The notes: a model not told the origin generated them from the sequence alone. A stretch of DNA of 64,000 nt from an uncultured Planctomycetota bacterium (GCA_963845755.1 CAWJTV010000034.1:96001-160000); one strand, 5' to 3'. Shown: positions 1 to 11,436, numbered from the stretch's first letter. Program-made: numbers and translations.

Positions 1-471
1 TTGCTCCTGCTCGCGCCCGATGGCAAGGCCACGCTGCTCCACGACCGACACTGGTTCAGCTTCTGGGACGACCCCAAGTTGAGTGTCCTGAAACGGGTGG
101 AGGGCGGGCAGGTGGTGGCCCAATGCAATCTTTCGGTCGGGCCGGCCGCCGGCCAGGGTCGGCACCAGGACCCGACCCAGTTCCGGGACGACGTCCGCCG
201 CGCCCTCAAAGGTCGGTTCGTGCAGTTCCTGGGCTCGGGCGAGGTCGGCGGCGATCCGGCCGGAGGATTCCGCTACAAGGTCGGCATCCAGGGACACGAA
301 GGCGACCTGGGCGTCGTCTGGTATTATTACCTCGTCGCCAGCCCCGCGGGGGATCAGCTCGTGGCCATCTTTACCCTCGCCGATCAGTACGCGAAGGCAT
401 TCGGCGATCAGGACGTCGCGATGCTCGGCACGCTCCGGTGGAACCGGGCGGCCCCGTCCGCAGCCCGTTGA
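1..471 (+). CDS. Hypothetical protein, C-terminal part (5' end outside the window)
   Basis: ORF open from the window edge with GC3-rich codons; no family recognised. Confidence 0.7.
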   Translation: MLLLAPDGKATLLHDRHWFSFWDDPKLSVLKRVEGGQVVAQCNLSVGPAAGQGRHQDPTQFRDDVRRALKGRFVQFLGSGEVGGDPAGGFRYKVGIQGHEGDLGVVWYYYLVASPAGDQLVAIFTLADQYAKAFGDQDVAMLGTLRWNRAAPSAAR

Positions 472-659
472 GCCTCGTCCCCGCGCCATGTCCCGGGCTT
501 GTCCGAAGAATCGTCCTTGCACGAGGTTTTCTGTCGCCCCGGACTTACCATGAGCGGGGTGCGATATGGTTTAATAGATCGGGCGTCTCGAGCATTGAGT
601 GCCGAAGAGCGCGTGGAATCGAGGTCGGCAAGGAAGCAAAGTTCCGAAGGCGGTGTCGT

Positions 660-2540
660 ATGAGCGAGAGCCAAGGCGATAATTTTCGTCGGATGGAGAG
701 TGAAGGCAGCCGCGGGGGGTCTTGCAGCGAAGGAGAAACACCGCGACGGCATTCCGGCGGTTGCGGCCGCTCATCGATCGGCCTCTTGGCACTCCTGGTC
801 GTCCTGGGACCAGGCCTGATCCCGCCGTCACAGTCCTGGGGGCAGCAGCCGTCGGATCCGCCTGCGGCGGAGAAGGATGCCGCAACGGAGCCATCGCGAG
901 ACCTCGTCGAGCCACTGGGCGTGAGGTATCGGTTTCTCGAGGCCTACGGCGTGGTTGAAAACTCCGCCAAGCCTTATCTGATTACCCAGTACCAGGTGGG
1001 CGCCCAAGATGTTTTCAAGATCGAGACAGAGAAGCCGCAGGGCGCGCCCGAACAATCCGGGGGCAGCATCCTCACCATCTATACGGAGGGGGCGGCGGTA
1101 ACCAAGGCGGGAGAAGCGACGGATGTCGTCCGACGATACGACCACGTCCGCATGAAGGGGACACTCCCGTTACCTCTCAACATGGCTCCGCAACTCGAAG
1201 GCTTGAACATCTGGTACCGTCTTCGTAGGGGTGGATTTCCGGAGATCATCAACTTGAATCAGGGCCGGGCGCTTTACGAGCCCGTGCGCAATGAGATCAT
1301 CAACGAGATCTTCCTCCCCTCGCTCTCGCTAATCCTGCCTACGACGCCGAAGCGAGTCGGCGATACATGGGTGATCACACGCCAGGCGGGCCGTGCATTG
1401 CTGGGCATTTCCGTGCCGGAAGACGGCAATTTTCAGCTCGAAGGGACCCTGGTGGAGGTTCGGAAGGCGACGTCGGGGACCACCCTGACCGCGGTGTTCG
1501 AGATCGCCGGCGACCTGGACCTTGCGGAAGGCAAGGGGGCGATCAAAGCCCGGGTCGAGTTTGCGTTCGCGACGCCGCCCGCCACGTCGCCGCCCGCCGC
1601 GACGGCCCCCGCACCGGCGGCTACCGGCAAACGTGCCGCGAGCCGAGCGACCGTCGATGCGCGCGGCCAGATCTCCAAGGTACTGATGGGCCGGGTGCAA
1701 TCGTTCCCCATCGACAAGGATGGCCGACTCAAGCGGAACATCTACCGCGACCTCATCCTGGAGCGGCGGCCGGTCAAGCCACCGGTCGTGGCGTTGACCA
1801 TGCCGAATGAGCCTCCGACCGCGAACGAGGCCAACTCGTGGGTGCTCTACGACGACCCGAAAGGGCGATTTCACCTCCTCCATCCCCAGGAACTCATACC
1901 GAGACCAGGCGACCTTCAGTTCAACAAAAATGGGGTCGATTTTGTGTCTATGGACGTGGCTCACGGCGACGATTGGGTCCGCATCATCTTGCCTCCCCCG
2001 GTTGAAGATCCGGGAGGCAACCAGGAATTCCGCGACCCAGGCGCCATGAAGAGCTGGCTCACCAATTATTTGAAGGAAAATGGCATACCCCAGATGGTCG
2101 GACACTCGGGCTGGCTCGCCGACTCTGAGTGGAAACCCTTGGGGCGCAGGGTTTACCACCATGAGGTCGCGGCGGACAAGGAGGATTCGGAGGGGAATAA
2201 ACTGCGTGTTTACGTGGATGCCTATCTCATCAACTTCGAGCGCAACCTGCGCGTCCGCGTTGACGTCGTGACCCGGCGCGACGACCACGCCCATTTCCGC
2301 AAACAGGCCCTGGACCTAATCCGGAGTCTCACCCCCGGACCGGCCAAGGGCACGGGTGCTCCCCCGAACACCGGCAGAGGATCGGGTCCAGTCCCGGGCC
2401 AGCCCCCCGCCGCGACGGGTGCCGCGCCGGCCGTGAGTCCGGCGCCGGTTCCTGGCGTCGGCGAAACACCGCCGACAGGCGCCGGCTCACCACCTCCAGC
2501 ACGTGTCGAACCGCCGATCCCCCCAGCCTCACCGCGGTGA
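660..2540 (+). CDS. Secreted/membrane-anchored hypothetical protein with Pro/Gly-rich tail
   Basis: Long ORF with hydrophobic segment IGLLALLVVLGPGLI near the N-terminus; start uncertain. Confidence 0.65.
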   Translation: MSESQGDNFRRMESEGSRGGSCSEGETPRRHSGGCGRSSIGLLALLVVLGPGLIPPSQSWGQQPSDPPAAEKDAATEPSRDLVEPLGVRYRFLEAYGVVENSAKPYLITQYQVGAQDVFKIETEKPQGAPEQSGGSILTIYTEGAAVTKAGEATDVVRRYDHVRMKGTLPLPLNMAPQLEGLNIWYRLRRGGFPEIINLNQGRALYEPVRNEIINEIFLPSLSLILPTTPKRVGDTWVITRQAGRALLGISVPEDGNFQLEGTLVEVRKATSGTTLTAVFEIAGDLDLAEGKGAIKARVEFAFATPPATSPPAATAPAPAATGKRAASRATVDARGQISKVLMGRVQSFPIDKDGRLKRNIYRDLILERRPVKPPVVALTMPNEPPTANEANSWVLYDDPKGRFHLLHPQELIPRPGDLQFNKNGVDFVSMDVAHGDDWVRIILPPPVEDPGGNQEFRDPGAMKSWLTNYLKENGIPQMVGHSGWLADSEWKPLGRRVYHHEVAADKEDSEGNKLRVYVDAYLINFERNLRVRVDVVTRRDDHAHFRKQALDLIRSLTPGPAKGTGAPPNTGRGSGPVPGQPPAATGAAPAVSPAPVPGVGETPPTGAGSPPPARVEPPIPPASPR

Positions 2541-2571
2541 TCGATCGGAGGGACTCTCCCGGCGCCCCGAG

Positions 2572-3597
2572 TCACCGCGTCGCGGCGAGCTCGGCGGCGA
2601 CTTCTCCGGCCAGGCGTGCGTTGGCGACCAGGAGCGCGCAGTTGGCGCGGAGGCTGTGCCCTCCCGTCGCCCGTCGGATCGCATCGAGCAAAAAAGGCGT
2701 CAGCGGCTTGCCCGCGATACCGAGGTGCCGGGCGTCGGCCTCTGCGACATCGAGGGCATTCCGAAGGGCGTCGGGATCCAGGGCATCGGGTTCGGGGACC
2801 GGCTGGGTCAGGACGATCGCGCCAGGCAGCCCCAAACTCCGGTGGACGCGGACCAGTTCGGCCGCCTCTGCGGGGGATTCAACCTGGTGCTCCAGCGGTA
2901 GACCGGCCGATCGCGTCAGGAAGCCAGGCAGCTCGCTGGTGCGATAACCCACGACGAGAACGCCCCGGGTCTCCAGCGACTCGAGGGTCGCCGGCAGATC
3001 CAGGATCGATTTCATCCCGGAGCAAACAACCAGGGCACCGTCAGAACTCGCCAGCTCATCAAGATCGGTGGAGATATCGAAGCTGACGGCCGCGTCGCGG
3101 TGCACGCCGCCCAGACCGCCGGTGGCCATCACGCGGGGTTCCACGGCGAACCGTCGCGCGAGCCAGAGTGTGGCCGAGACCGTGGTCGCCGCGTGCCGCC
3201 CCGCCGCGACGATCGCGGCCAGGTCGCGGCGATTGGCCTTCGCCCACCTTCGTCGCGTGCATTCCGTATCCATCAAGGTTCGCACACTCGCATCTTCTCT
3301 CGCCGCCACTCCTTCCGCGGGTTGCAATTCGTTTCCCATTTCTGTCGCGGCTGAGTGGGCGACTTCGACCAAATCTGGATCGGCCAGGCCGATCCGGACA
3401 ATGCCCTCCAAGACGGCGATTGTTGCCGGCTCTGCCCCCGCCTCGCGTACGGCCGCTTCCATCGCTCGTGCGGTGTCGAGGTTAGCCGGCCAGGGGAGTC
3501 CCTGCGCGATCACCGTTGATTCCAGTGTGACCACCGAACGACCATGAGCCATCGCGTCGAGTATCGCGGATGTCCAAGCGACTCTCTCGCCAATCAT
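2572..3597 (-). CDS. psuG: Pseudouridine-5'-phosphate glycosidase
   Basis: Motifs LESTVIAQGLPWP, ATTVSAT, ATGGLGGVHR, DISTDLDEL, GKPLTPFLL. Confidence 0.9.
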   Translation of the reverse strand: MIGERVAWTSAILDAMAHGRSVVTLESTVIAQGLPWPANLDTARAMEAAVREAGAEPATIAVLEGIVRIGLADPDLVEVAHSAATEMGNELQPAEGVAAREDASVRTLMDTECTRRRWAKANRRDLAAIVAAGRHAATTVSATLWLARRFAVEPRVMATGGLGGVHRDAAVSFDISTDLDELASSDGALVVCSGMKSILDLPATLESLETRGVLVVGYRTSELPGFLTRSAGLPLEHQVESPAEAAELVRVHRSLGLPGAIVLTQPVPEPDALDPDALRNALDVAEADARHLGIAGKPLTPFLLDAIRRATGGHSLRANCALLVANARLAGEVAAELAATR

Positions 3598-4414
3598 GGA
3601 TCAATCCTCTTCTCGGTACGGCCAGGACCTGGAATCACTTTTCCCGGACGACGGCCCGGAAACGGCGTAGATTCTTCAAGAATCCTTGGCTCCTGAGCAA
3701 GACGCCTACCCGCGGTCTTACTGAGTCTCATTGCGATCGTGTCTTGAGGGAATTCGCGGGGAACACGGGATATCTCATGGAACAATTCTCGCATGAGGGA
3801 GGAGTGGCTGCAGGGAAGGCCGTGGTTCGACGACCCCGGATGAGCCCTAACTCTCGAAGAGCCCGAAGACTTAAGGTGGCATGGGAGGGCGGCGATACCG
3901 CGCGCTCAGGTAGACTGGCCAGGCCGGTCGATCGAACACCTTCTGGAATTGCTGGCGAGAGTGCATCGCATTCCGCTCGGCTCGTGCCACTCTTCATCGG
4001 ACCGACGAGGAATCACCCGCGCCGGCTTACATGCATAGCAAGGATGAATGCAAGGTGTATGAGTTTGTTGGTCATCGAACCCAGGGGCGGCGACAATCGA
4101 GGGAGCGTTTGCGTATAATAATAAGTTCCCCTACGGTTTTCCGGCCCTACCAAGAATGAGCGGCCGACCGAGATGCAATTTCTTGCATGAATCTTGATTG
4201 TGTGGAGGAATCCTCCTAGTCCTTTCCCTGGGGATTCCGACATCCGCGCTCTAACCACTCGGCACTTGGTTCGTAGAACTTCAGGGGGGATCACCACGTG
4301 CTCTCGGAGAATCCCAGTCCGCTCCTCGGAGAATCGGAGTCGATCGGTACGGAAGACCCGCGACTGTCGGTCCACCGGGCAAGCGACCTCAGATGGAGCC
4401 CTTGGGGCATTTTA

Positions 4415-5739
4415 ATGCGTGTGATACTGGATGTCGTCCAAGGCCCTCTCAAGGGTCGCCAGTTCGTCCTCGACCGCCAGGAGACCTATATAGTTGGTCG
4501 GTCGCGGTTTGTGCAGTGCCCGATGCCGGAGGATCTGGCATTGTCGCGCGACCACTTCATGATCGACGTCAATCCACCCGAGTGCGAGCTGCGCGATCTG
4601 GGGAGCACGAATGGAACGTACATCAACAACAACCGGGTCGCTCAGCGTATGCGTCTGGGGTCCGGCGACACGATCGCCGCGGGCCAGAGCGTCTTTCGGG
4701 TTCGCGTCGAGGTGGCGGGGAATCCTTCGTCCGGTGATGATCTGTCGGAGGCGACCCTGCGCACCCACTCGCTCGAAATCAATCCGATCTGTTGCGCCGG
4801 ATGCGGGACGCAGGCGCCCGGAACCTGACGATCGCCGGCCCGGCCGGTGCGCCGTCAGGTGAGGCGATCGAGTGGTGGTGCACGGCGTGCCGTTCGGAGT
4901 CCGCGAGCCTGCCCCAACCGGTTCCTTACTATACCACGCTGCGCGAACTGGGCCGGGGTGCCATGGGCGTGGTCTACCAGGCCCGGCATAACATGACCGG
5001 CCAGATCGTCGCCCTCAAGTTGATCATGCCCGAGACCGCCACGACCCGCTCGGCGATCGATCGCTTCCAGCGCGAGATGTCCGTCATCAGCCAGCTCCGC
5101 CACCCGAATATCGTCGAATGTTATGAACAGGGAATGACCCGCGGCCAGTTCTGGTTCGCCATGGAGTACGTCGCCGGCACGAACCTCGAAACCCTGGCCA
5201 AGGCGGAGGCTGGGGCCTATCCGGTCGAGCAGGGGTGCCGGCTGGCTTGCCAGATCCTCAAGGGGCTCGAACAAGCCCATCAGCTCGGGTTCGTGCACCG
5301 CGACATCAAGCCCGAGAACATCCTGATCGCCCAGTTGCCCGAAGGCCTGGCGGTCAAGATCTCCGACTTCGGGCTGGCGAAGAGCTTCCGCGGCGTCGGC
5401 CTCTCGGGCCTGACGTTCTCCGGCGAGATGCGCGGCACCATCCCGTTCATGCCCCCGGAACAGATGCTCGACTTCAAGACCGTCACGCCCCTGGCCGACC
5501 TGTATGCCACGGCCGCCACGCTCTATTATCTATTGACTTGCCAGTATATCTACGATGAGCCCGCCGGTGGCGACCTGATTCACATGCTCCTGGAAGAGGC
5601 GCCGATTCCCATCCACGTGCGCCGGCCGGATGTCCCCAAGGCGCTCGACACCGCCATCCAGAAGTGCCTTGCCCGCGACCCCAAGGAGCGCTACCCGGAC
5701 GCCACATCGATGCGCCGGGCCTTGAAGGCGTTCTGTTAG
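4415..5739 (+). CDS. FHA domain + CxxC/CxxC linker + Ser/Thr protein kinase (frameshift near 4820)
   Basis: FHA motifs VGRS, LSRDH, LGSTNGT; kinase motifs LGRGAMGVV, ALK, HRDIKPEN, DFG; joins ORFs 4298-4828 and 4792-5739. Confidence 0.85.
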
Positions 5740-5756
5740 GATGCAGTGGTCGGTCG

Positions 5757-6321
5757 TCAGTCTTCCGAAAGAAGACCGCGCACATCTTCGAGTACCGTCT
5801 TGGGCTTCAAGAACTCGAGACTATAGATCTCGCGCTGGTGGCCCTTGGTATCGAGGAGGAAGACACGCGAAGGGTGATCGAGGGCGCCGGTCGGCAGCGT
5901 CTTGACCCACATTCCCCAAGCCGTGATGACGGATCGGACCTGGTCTGGCGGGCCGGTCAGGAAGTGCCAGCCGGCGGGGTCGGCCCGGAAGAGCCCGGCA
6001 TACCGGCCGAGCACTTCGGGCGTGTCGTGCCCGGGGTCGAGGGTGACCGAAACGAACGCGACCGACTTACCCCAGAGCTTCGCCTCCTTGAGCGTGTCCT
6101 GGATGCGTACGATCGCCTGGGTCGTCCCCGGACAAACGCCGGTGCACGTCGTGTAGACAAAGGACACGAGCACGACCTTGCCTTTCACGGAGGCGAGGTC
6201 GAAGGGCTTGCCGAGCGCGTCGACCAGCAGCGTGCCGCGGAGCGGGCCCGATATCGGCCAGCGGGCTTGGGTTGGAATCGGCACCGACGATCATCAAGGC
6301 GAGAAGCAGAGAGATCAACAC
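5757..6321 (-). CDS. SCO1/SenC family copper-binding protein (frameshift near 6240)
   Basis: FVYTTCTGVCP (CxxxC), TLDPGHDTPEVL, WHFLTG, LDH; signal peptide in ORF 6067-6321. Confidence 0.85.
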
Positions 6322-6377
6322 GATTGGCTCCTGGGTCGTCGCGCACTATACCAGCGAGCGAATCACGGTCTTTGTAT

Positions 6378-8460
6378 TCACCGCTCGGTTGGCTTCGTAG
6401 GTAAGATGGGTTCGATGACCATCAGGTCATTCTGGTCATTGTAATGGTTTCCGGCTTCCGCGGCGATGCGTGTGACTCGCCCATCAACGCGGGAACGGAG
6501 CGTGAGTCTGGCCCGATGATCCTCACCCTCCTGTGGGATGTTCTTGATCTCCCCTTCGGTCATCCCGTAGCCCCGCAGTCTGTCTTGGGCGAGGCGAACG
6601 CCAAGTCCGGACCGCTCCTCAGCGATCTTGGTAGTAGCCAACCCATCTTCTGACACGAAGCCTTTCGCATTCATGTCGCGGCTCCACCGGAGTCGTCCTT
6701 TCGCACGCTCCGACTCGCTGAGGGCCGTCCTGTATTCCATCTTGGCCGACTCGAGGCGGGTGCTGAACAGCTCGAGTAGCGGATCGCCTCTCTTGACGGT
6801 CTGCCCAACCTTGACGTGGACCTTCTCCACCAGGCAATCAAACGGCGGGTGGACGATCGAGCGGGGATCGGACCGAATCGCATGGTAGGGATCGTAGAGC
6901 CGGTGGACCACGCCCTGGTGGAGCTTCTCGATATTGACCTGGACATGGCAGACGGCGCAGTCATTCGCCGTGGGTTGGGGCGCTTCATAGCTTGTTCGAT
7001 CTCCTGCGAATGGTTCACCGCATGACAAGCGATGCAGTTATTCACCATGGCTTGGGTGCGCTTAGCAGCGGATCGTGTTTCCTTCACCGAGTTCGCGGGC
7101 TGTTCCCGTGATACCTCCCCTCCAGGTTGTGGTGTGTCGGAGGGTTTCCAGGTCATTCCCCCCACCCACGATTCGTGAGCGGCCACGCATTGCCAGCGGC
7201 CCTGGCGCTTGACGTAGACGTGGGTTAGAGACTCCGGTACTGGAACGGTTTGAATCGTGATCCGGCTGGTGGCCACCACAGTCTCGTCGAAGACGCGGGT
7301 TTTGACTTCATGGAGTTGGCGCGGTTGGTTGGAGAAAGCACCGTTGCGAACGTGGGACAGGTAGGATTCCTTGAGGAAGACGATTCCCATTGGGTCAACA
7401 CCCTCGAAGTCTTCGGCGAGAATCCGGTTAATAATCGCAACATCGCGCCGAGGTATCGCGGCGGTCCAGGCGCGATCGAGCATCTCGACATCGATCGCTG
7501 CGTCGCTGGACGCGCCGGCTCGGCGGCCTTGGCGGCCACCGAGGTGTGGTCGACAATTCCTCGACCGCTGTTAAGCTTCTGCGCGGTGGCCTGGGCCACC
7601 AGGGCTGCGGAGCCGGTGAGGATCAAGAGCATCGCGACCGCCGCCAGCTTGAGCTTGGTCCAGTACATGGTCCGTAACACTCCTTGAGTCAAAGTGGCCA
7701 CCGAGGCCGAGACGATCCCAGCGGTCGTCAGCCGGCCCCCGGTCAGCGATTGAGCGGCCCGGGTCGTGGCTTCGACCAAACTCTGTGACAAGCCCATGGG
7801 GAGCGTGGGGATGGTGATCGCGAAATCGGAGGGGGCCAGGCCGCGCCGGGTCAACCGATCGCGCAGGCGTGCCCGTGCCCGTGATAGCCGGCTCTTGACG
7901 GTTCCGACCGGCCAGCCGAGCCGTCGCGCCGCTTCGAGGTCGCTCGATCCCTCCAGGTCGCAGAGGATCACGGGGGCCTGGAGGCGATCGGGAAGGCGGG
8001 CGATCTCCTGGGCCAGGATCGACTGGAGCTCGGCGCGGTCGAGGGGGGATAACGACCCTTCCTCGGCCACGATCTCGAGCTGATCGAAACCCAGACGCTC
8101 TCGACCGTGGCGACGATGAATATCGGCTCTGGACCGTGTTGCCACTCGGGTGGCCACGCCGAATAGCCAGCGACCGATCGAGCCGTCCACCCGGACCGAG
8201 GCCGCCTTGCGGACCAGGACCAGGAACGTTGCCTGGAACGCATCCTCGGCGTCGTGCGGATCGACCAGGATGCGCCGGCAGACCCCCAGCACCATCGGCC
8301 CATGCCGCTCTATCAATACCGAGAAGGCCAGTTCCGAGACTTCATCGTGACCGGTCAGGAAACGCTCCAGGAGCTGACTGTCGGAGAGCCCGCTGAAGGT
8401 GCCTACCCTCAGCAACGAGTTGATCTGACCCAGGATAACCCTGGAGTTGCGCCTCACCAT
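6378..8460 (-). CDS. ECF sigma-70 factor with C-terminal extension (TM, DUF4440/SnoaL-like, two CxxCH, HlyD-like barrel-sandwich); frameshifts near 7500 and 6970
   Basis: LSDSQLLERF, HGPMVLGVCRR, DAEDAFQATFLVL, LGWPVGTVKSRL; TM LAAVAMLLIL; DUF4440-like THVYVKRQGRWQCV; VEKVHVKVGQTVKRGDPLLEL. Confidence 0.7.
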
Positions 8461-8549
8461 CGGCCTTCCCCCTTCACTCATGCCACTCATCCTCTTCTAT
8501 GCCGTCAAGGGGGCGAGGCGTTCCCGATTTCCGGGGATCGACGGAAGTT

Positions 8550-8573
8550 GTAGGTCAGGCTTTCCTGCCTGAC
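8550..8573. repeat. GTAG-type REP hairpin (family B)
   Basis: GTAGGTCAGGCTTTCCTGCCTGAC; related doublet at 42691-42749. Confidence 0.6.
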
Positions 8574-8581
8574 GCGGTTCA

Positions 8582-9915
8582 TCACCGCTTTGGCTCCTGG
8601 AGCGTGATGGTGCCGAGGTCGCGGTCTTCGCCGGGCTTGAGAGGTGGGACGTACTGGAACGCTTCGCGACCCGTCGAACTTGCCACGATGTAGAAGGACA
8701 TCCCAGGCACGAGTGCCTCGAGAGCGAATGCGCCTTCCGCTCCCGGTTTCTCGTTGTACTCGGCCCGCGCTGAGGCTTCCAGCAGATTGCTGTAGAACAT
8801 CTGCGAAAAAACCTCGTCGCGACCGAGGTTTTCGGGATTCTTCCGCATCACGATCATCGGGAAGACCTCGCCCTCAGTCATAGGGAGACCGCGGTGTTGG
8901 ACGACCCGGCCATGGACGCGTGCGGTTGGCTGGAGGCGGATCGCGACCGGAGTCGCCGCTTTGGGGTCGGGACGGATCTCGACGACCGTGGCGAGCCGAT
9001 GCCGGGCCGAGACGACGATGAGTTGATAGGTCCGGTTCGGATCGGCCCCGGGGAAAGTCAAGCGATCCCCGGGAAACTCGACGCCGCCCAGAACCCAGGT
9101 GGTTGAGGTTCCGGAAATCTCGGGACAGAATGCCACGAAGCGGGAGACTGGCTTACCGTCGGGTCCAACCACGCGAGCAGAGAAGGTCACTCCCTTGCGG
9201 ACTGCAATCTCGACCGGCGCGATCTCCCCGTTATCGGGCACGTTCAGTGAAGCGTGACCGTGCGTGAAGAAGGCTGTGCGCTCATTCCGGCCACGCAGGA
9301 ACTTGGTACGAATGTACTCGCCCGGGGCCTCAACCAGCAGGTCCCCTGCGCCAGGCATCGCTGAGAGCACGAATCGCCCGTCGGCGTCGGTCGGCACCGA
9401 ATTCTCCCGGTCGGTTGAGGAGACAACCGCTGCGCCGGCGACCGGCCGCCTGGTGTCGCCATCGATGACGCGGCCTTTCAGGATGCGCCCGACGTTCGAG
9501 CGCGAAGTTTTTCTCGAGGACCTTCGCGCCCGCAGGCCACCCCCTTTGCTGGTCGCTCGCGATCAGATAACCGGAATCCCCCGGTGGATAGACGGTCGTG
9601 ATATAGGTATCTCCCTGGTGGCCGGAGATCCGATAGCGTCCGTCCGCATCGGTGCGCGAATGCAAAGGCATGCCGCGGCCCCGACGCCTCGCCGTCATCT
9701 CGACAAGGATTCCGGCCAAAGGCTTGCCGGTGGCCTTGTCGGTCACGCGACCCTGGACCGGCCGCGCTGATTCGAGCGTGTGCGTGAAGGTCGGCTTGAC
9801 CGCTGTCGTCTCGAGGGCCTGCAATAACGCTGTCGGGGGATCGTTGTCGGCCGTGTTGACGATGACCTCGTCAACGGCGTAGTCGGCGTGGTGGAAAGTT
9901 AGCATGGCATAAGAC
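8582..9915 (-). pseudogene. 5'-truncated protein with carboxypeptidase regulatory-like (beta-sandwich) repeats; frameshift near 9490
   Basis: Repeated GRVTDKATGKPLAG / TDADGRY / GRVIDGDT / TDADGRF / RVVGPDGKPV; no convincing N-terminus. Confidence 0.6.
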
Positions 9916-10556
9916 CCTAGACAGCGCCTCACACGTGCGTGGCACGCGCCCCCGCGCTGTGGCACGGTCTCCCGACCTGGCCACCCCGCCGATCGCAGGT
10001 CCCCTCCAGGACTCACCGACCGATGCGGGTGTCATCAAGTGGCACAATGGGACATCTTTTTCCCGGGTCGCCCTCCCCGATCTCTTTGGCTGATATCCGG
10101 TTGCGGCGACGACCTGGACCGGGAGGTGCGGTCCGGGCGTCCGTCTCGGCAGTGATCGCACGTGGGCCATACTCTCAGGATGCCGCAACTTTGGGAAACC
10201 GTTAATGCACCTAGCGGGGATTTCGGCCGATCGTCGCCCCAAATCTCAGCCCCAGCAGCAGATAAAAAATCCGAAATTATTTTCAGGCTGAAGTTTAGGG
10301 CCCGGTTCAAACCAGAGTAACACCTGGCGGAGTAACGCGTCGGCTACTTGGCCGGAACACCTTGCCCTGAAATCGTTTGTGGCCGGAACAGAACGGCCGT
10401 GCATCGCGAGAGGTGTTACCCTGGCTCCGACCGACATGAACCAGGCCGGATTACGGTCCGCTGCCGTCCCATCGGAGGATCCCCGGGCGATCGATGAATA
10501 CAACTTTTTTCGCGTTGTGTCGCTCAATGCGACGCGGCCTGACGGAGAAGGGCCCG

Positions 10557-11348
10557 TCAAAGTCCGGCCATGAACAGCAGCCGAATCGGGACCATCACCC
10601 AGCCGAGACGCGGGATGAACACCCACACGTACTGAGAATTCCCACTCCGATTTCCCATGCCGCCGTACCCGTAACCCGAGCCGTATCCGCCATTCCCGTT
10701 GCCGTATCCGCCATTCCCATAGCCGTATCCGCCATTCCCGTTGCCGTATCCGCCATTCCCGTTGCCCCAGCCGGAGAATCTCGACGTGTAGCCATTCCCG
10801 CTGTTGCCATTGCCCCAGCCGGAGAAGCCCGTCCCGTTGCCGGCCGTCGCATTCGACCCGAGAGCATTACCGAGCCGCGAGGATCGGCGTGAGCCCGCCA
10901 GGTTATTCAGATTCTGTCCGGAGTTCGCGACGCCGTTGCGGGCCGCTCCTGAGCCGGGCGTCTGCCCAACGCGCGGAATCTGATTGGAGTGGCGCATAGC
11001 GACCGGCGCGCGCGATGCTGGGCCGCGAGGAGCCGTGGAGCCACGGTTTGCCATGGGAGAACGACGGGATACACCGCCTCGATTGGTCGCTGGTCCTCGA
11101 GAGGCCATACCGACCCGAGGGCTCGTGGGGCGTCGAACGGCCATACCACCGTGATGCACAGCGCCCGAGCCGTGATGGACGGCCGCACCGCCATGATGGC
11201 CACCGCCACCCCCGTGATGGCCGCCCCCGCCATGGCCGCCACCGTGTCCTCCCTTCGCGAGGGCCGGAATGGCCAGGATCGCCAGGATCGCCAGGATGAG
11301 GCCCGAGGACCGGATCGTCCGCGGTATCGAGCTTTCGAATGGTCGCAT
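10557..11348 (-). CDS. Gly/His/Asn-rich low-complexity secreted protein
   Basis: AGGAGAG RBS, signal peptide LILAILAILAIPALA, GGHGGG and GNGNGGY repeats. Confidence 0.65.
   Translation of the reverse strand: MRPFESSIPRTIRSSGLILAILAILAIPALAKGGHGGGHGGGGHHGGGGGHHGGAAVHHGSGAVHHGGMAVRRPTSPRVGMASRGPATNRGGVSRRSPMANRGSTAPRGPASRAPVAMRHSNQIPRVGQTPGSGAARNGVANSGQNLNNLAGSRRSSRLGNALGSNATAGNGTGFSGWGNGNSGNGYTSRFSGWGNGNGGYGNGNGGYGYGNGGYGNGNGGYGSGYGYGGMGNRSGNSQYVWVFIPRLGWVMVPIRLLFMAGL
10680..10763. repeat. 21-bp tandem repeat x4 (GCCGTATCCGCCATTCCCGTT) within a CDS
   Basis: Directly visible; encodes NGNGGYG on the - strand. Confidence 0.9.
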
Positions 11349-11436
11349 CGCCGCTCTCCTTCGCAAGGGGTCGACTCCCGGAGATTCTCGGAGAGACTCC
11401 GATTCAGAAACTGTCCGAGAACGGGGTCCGGCCTTT

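Noticed and set aside
10680..10820. CRISPR-like repeats
   Set aside because: Contiguous coding tandem repeats with no spacers.
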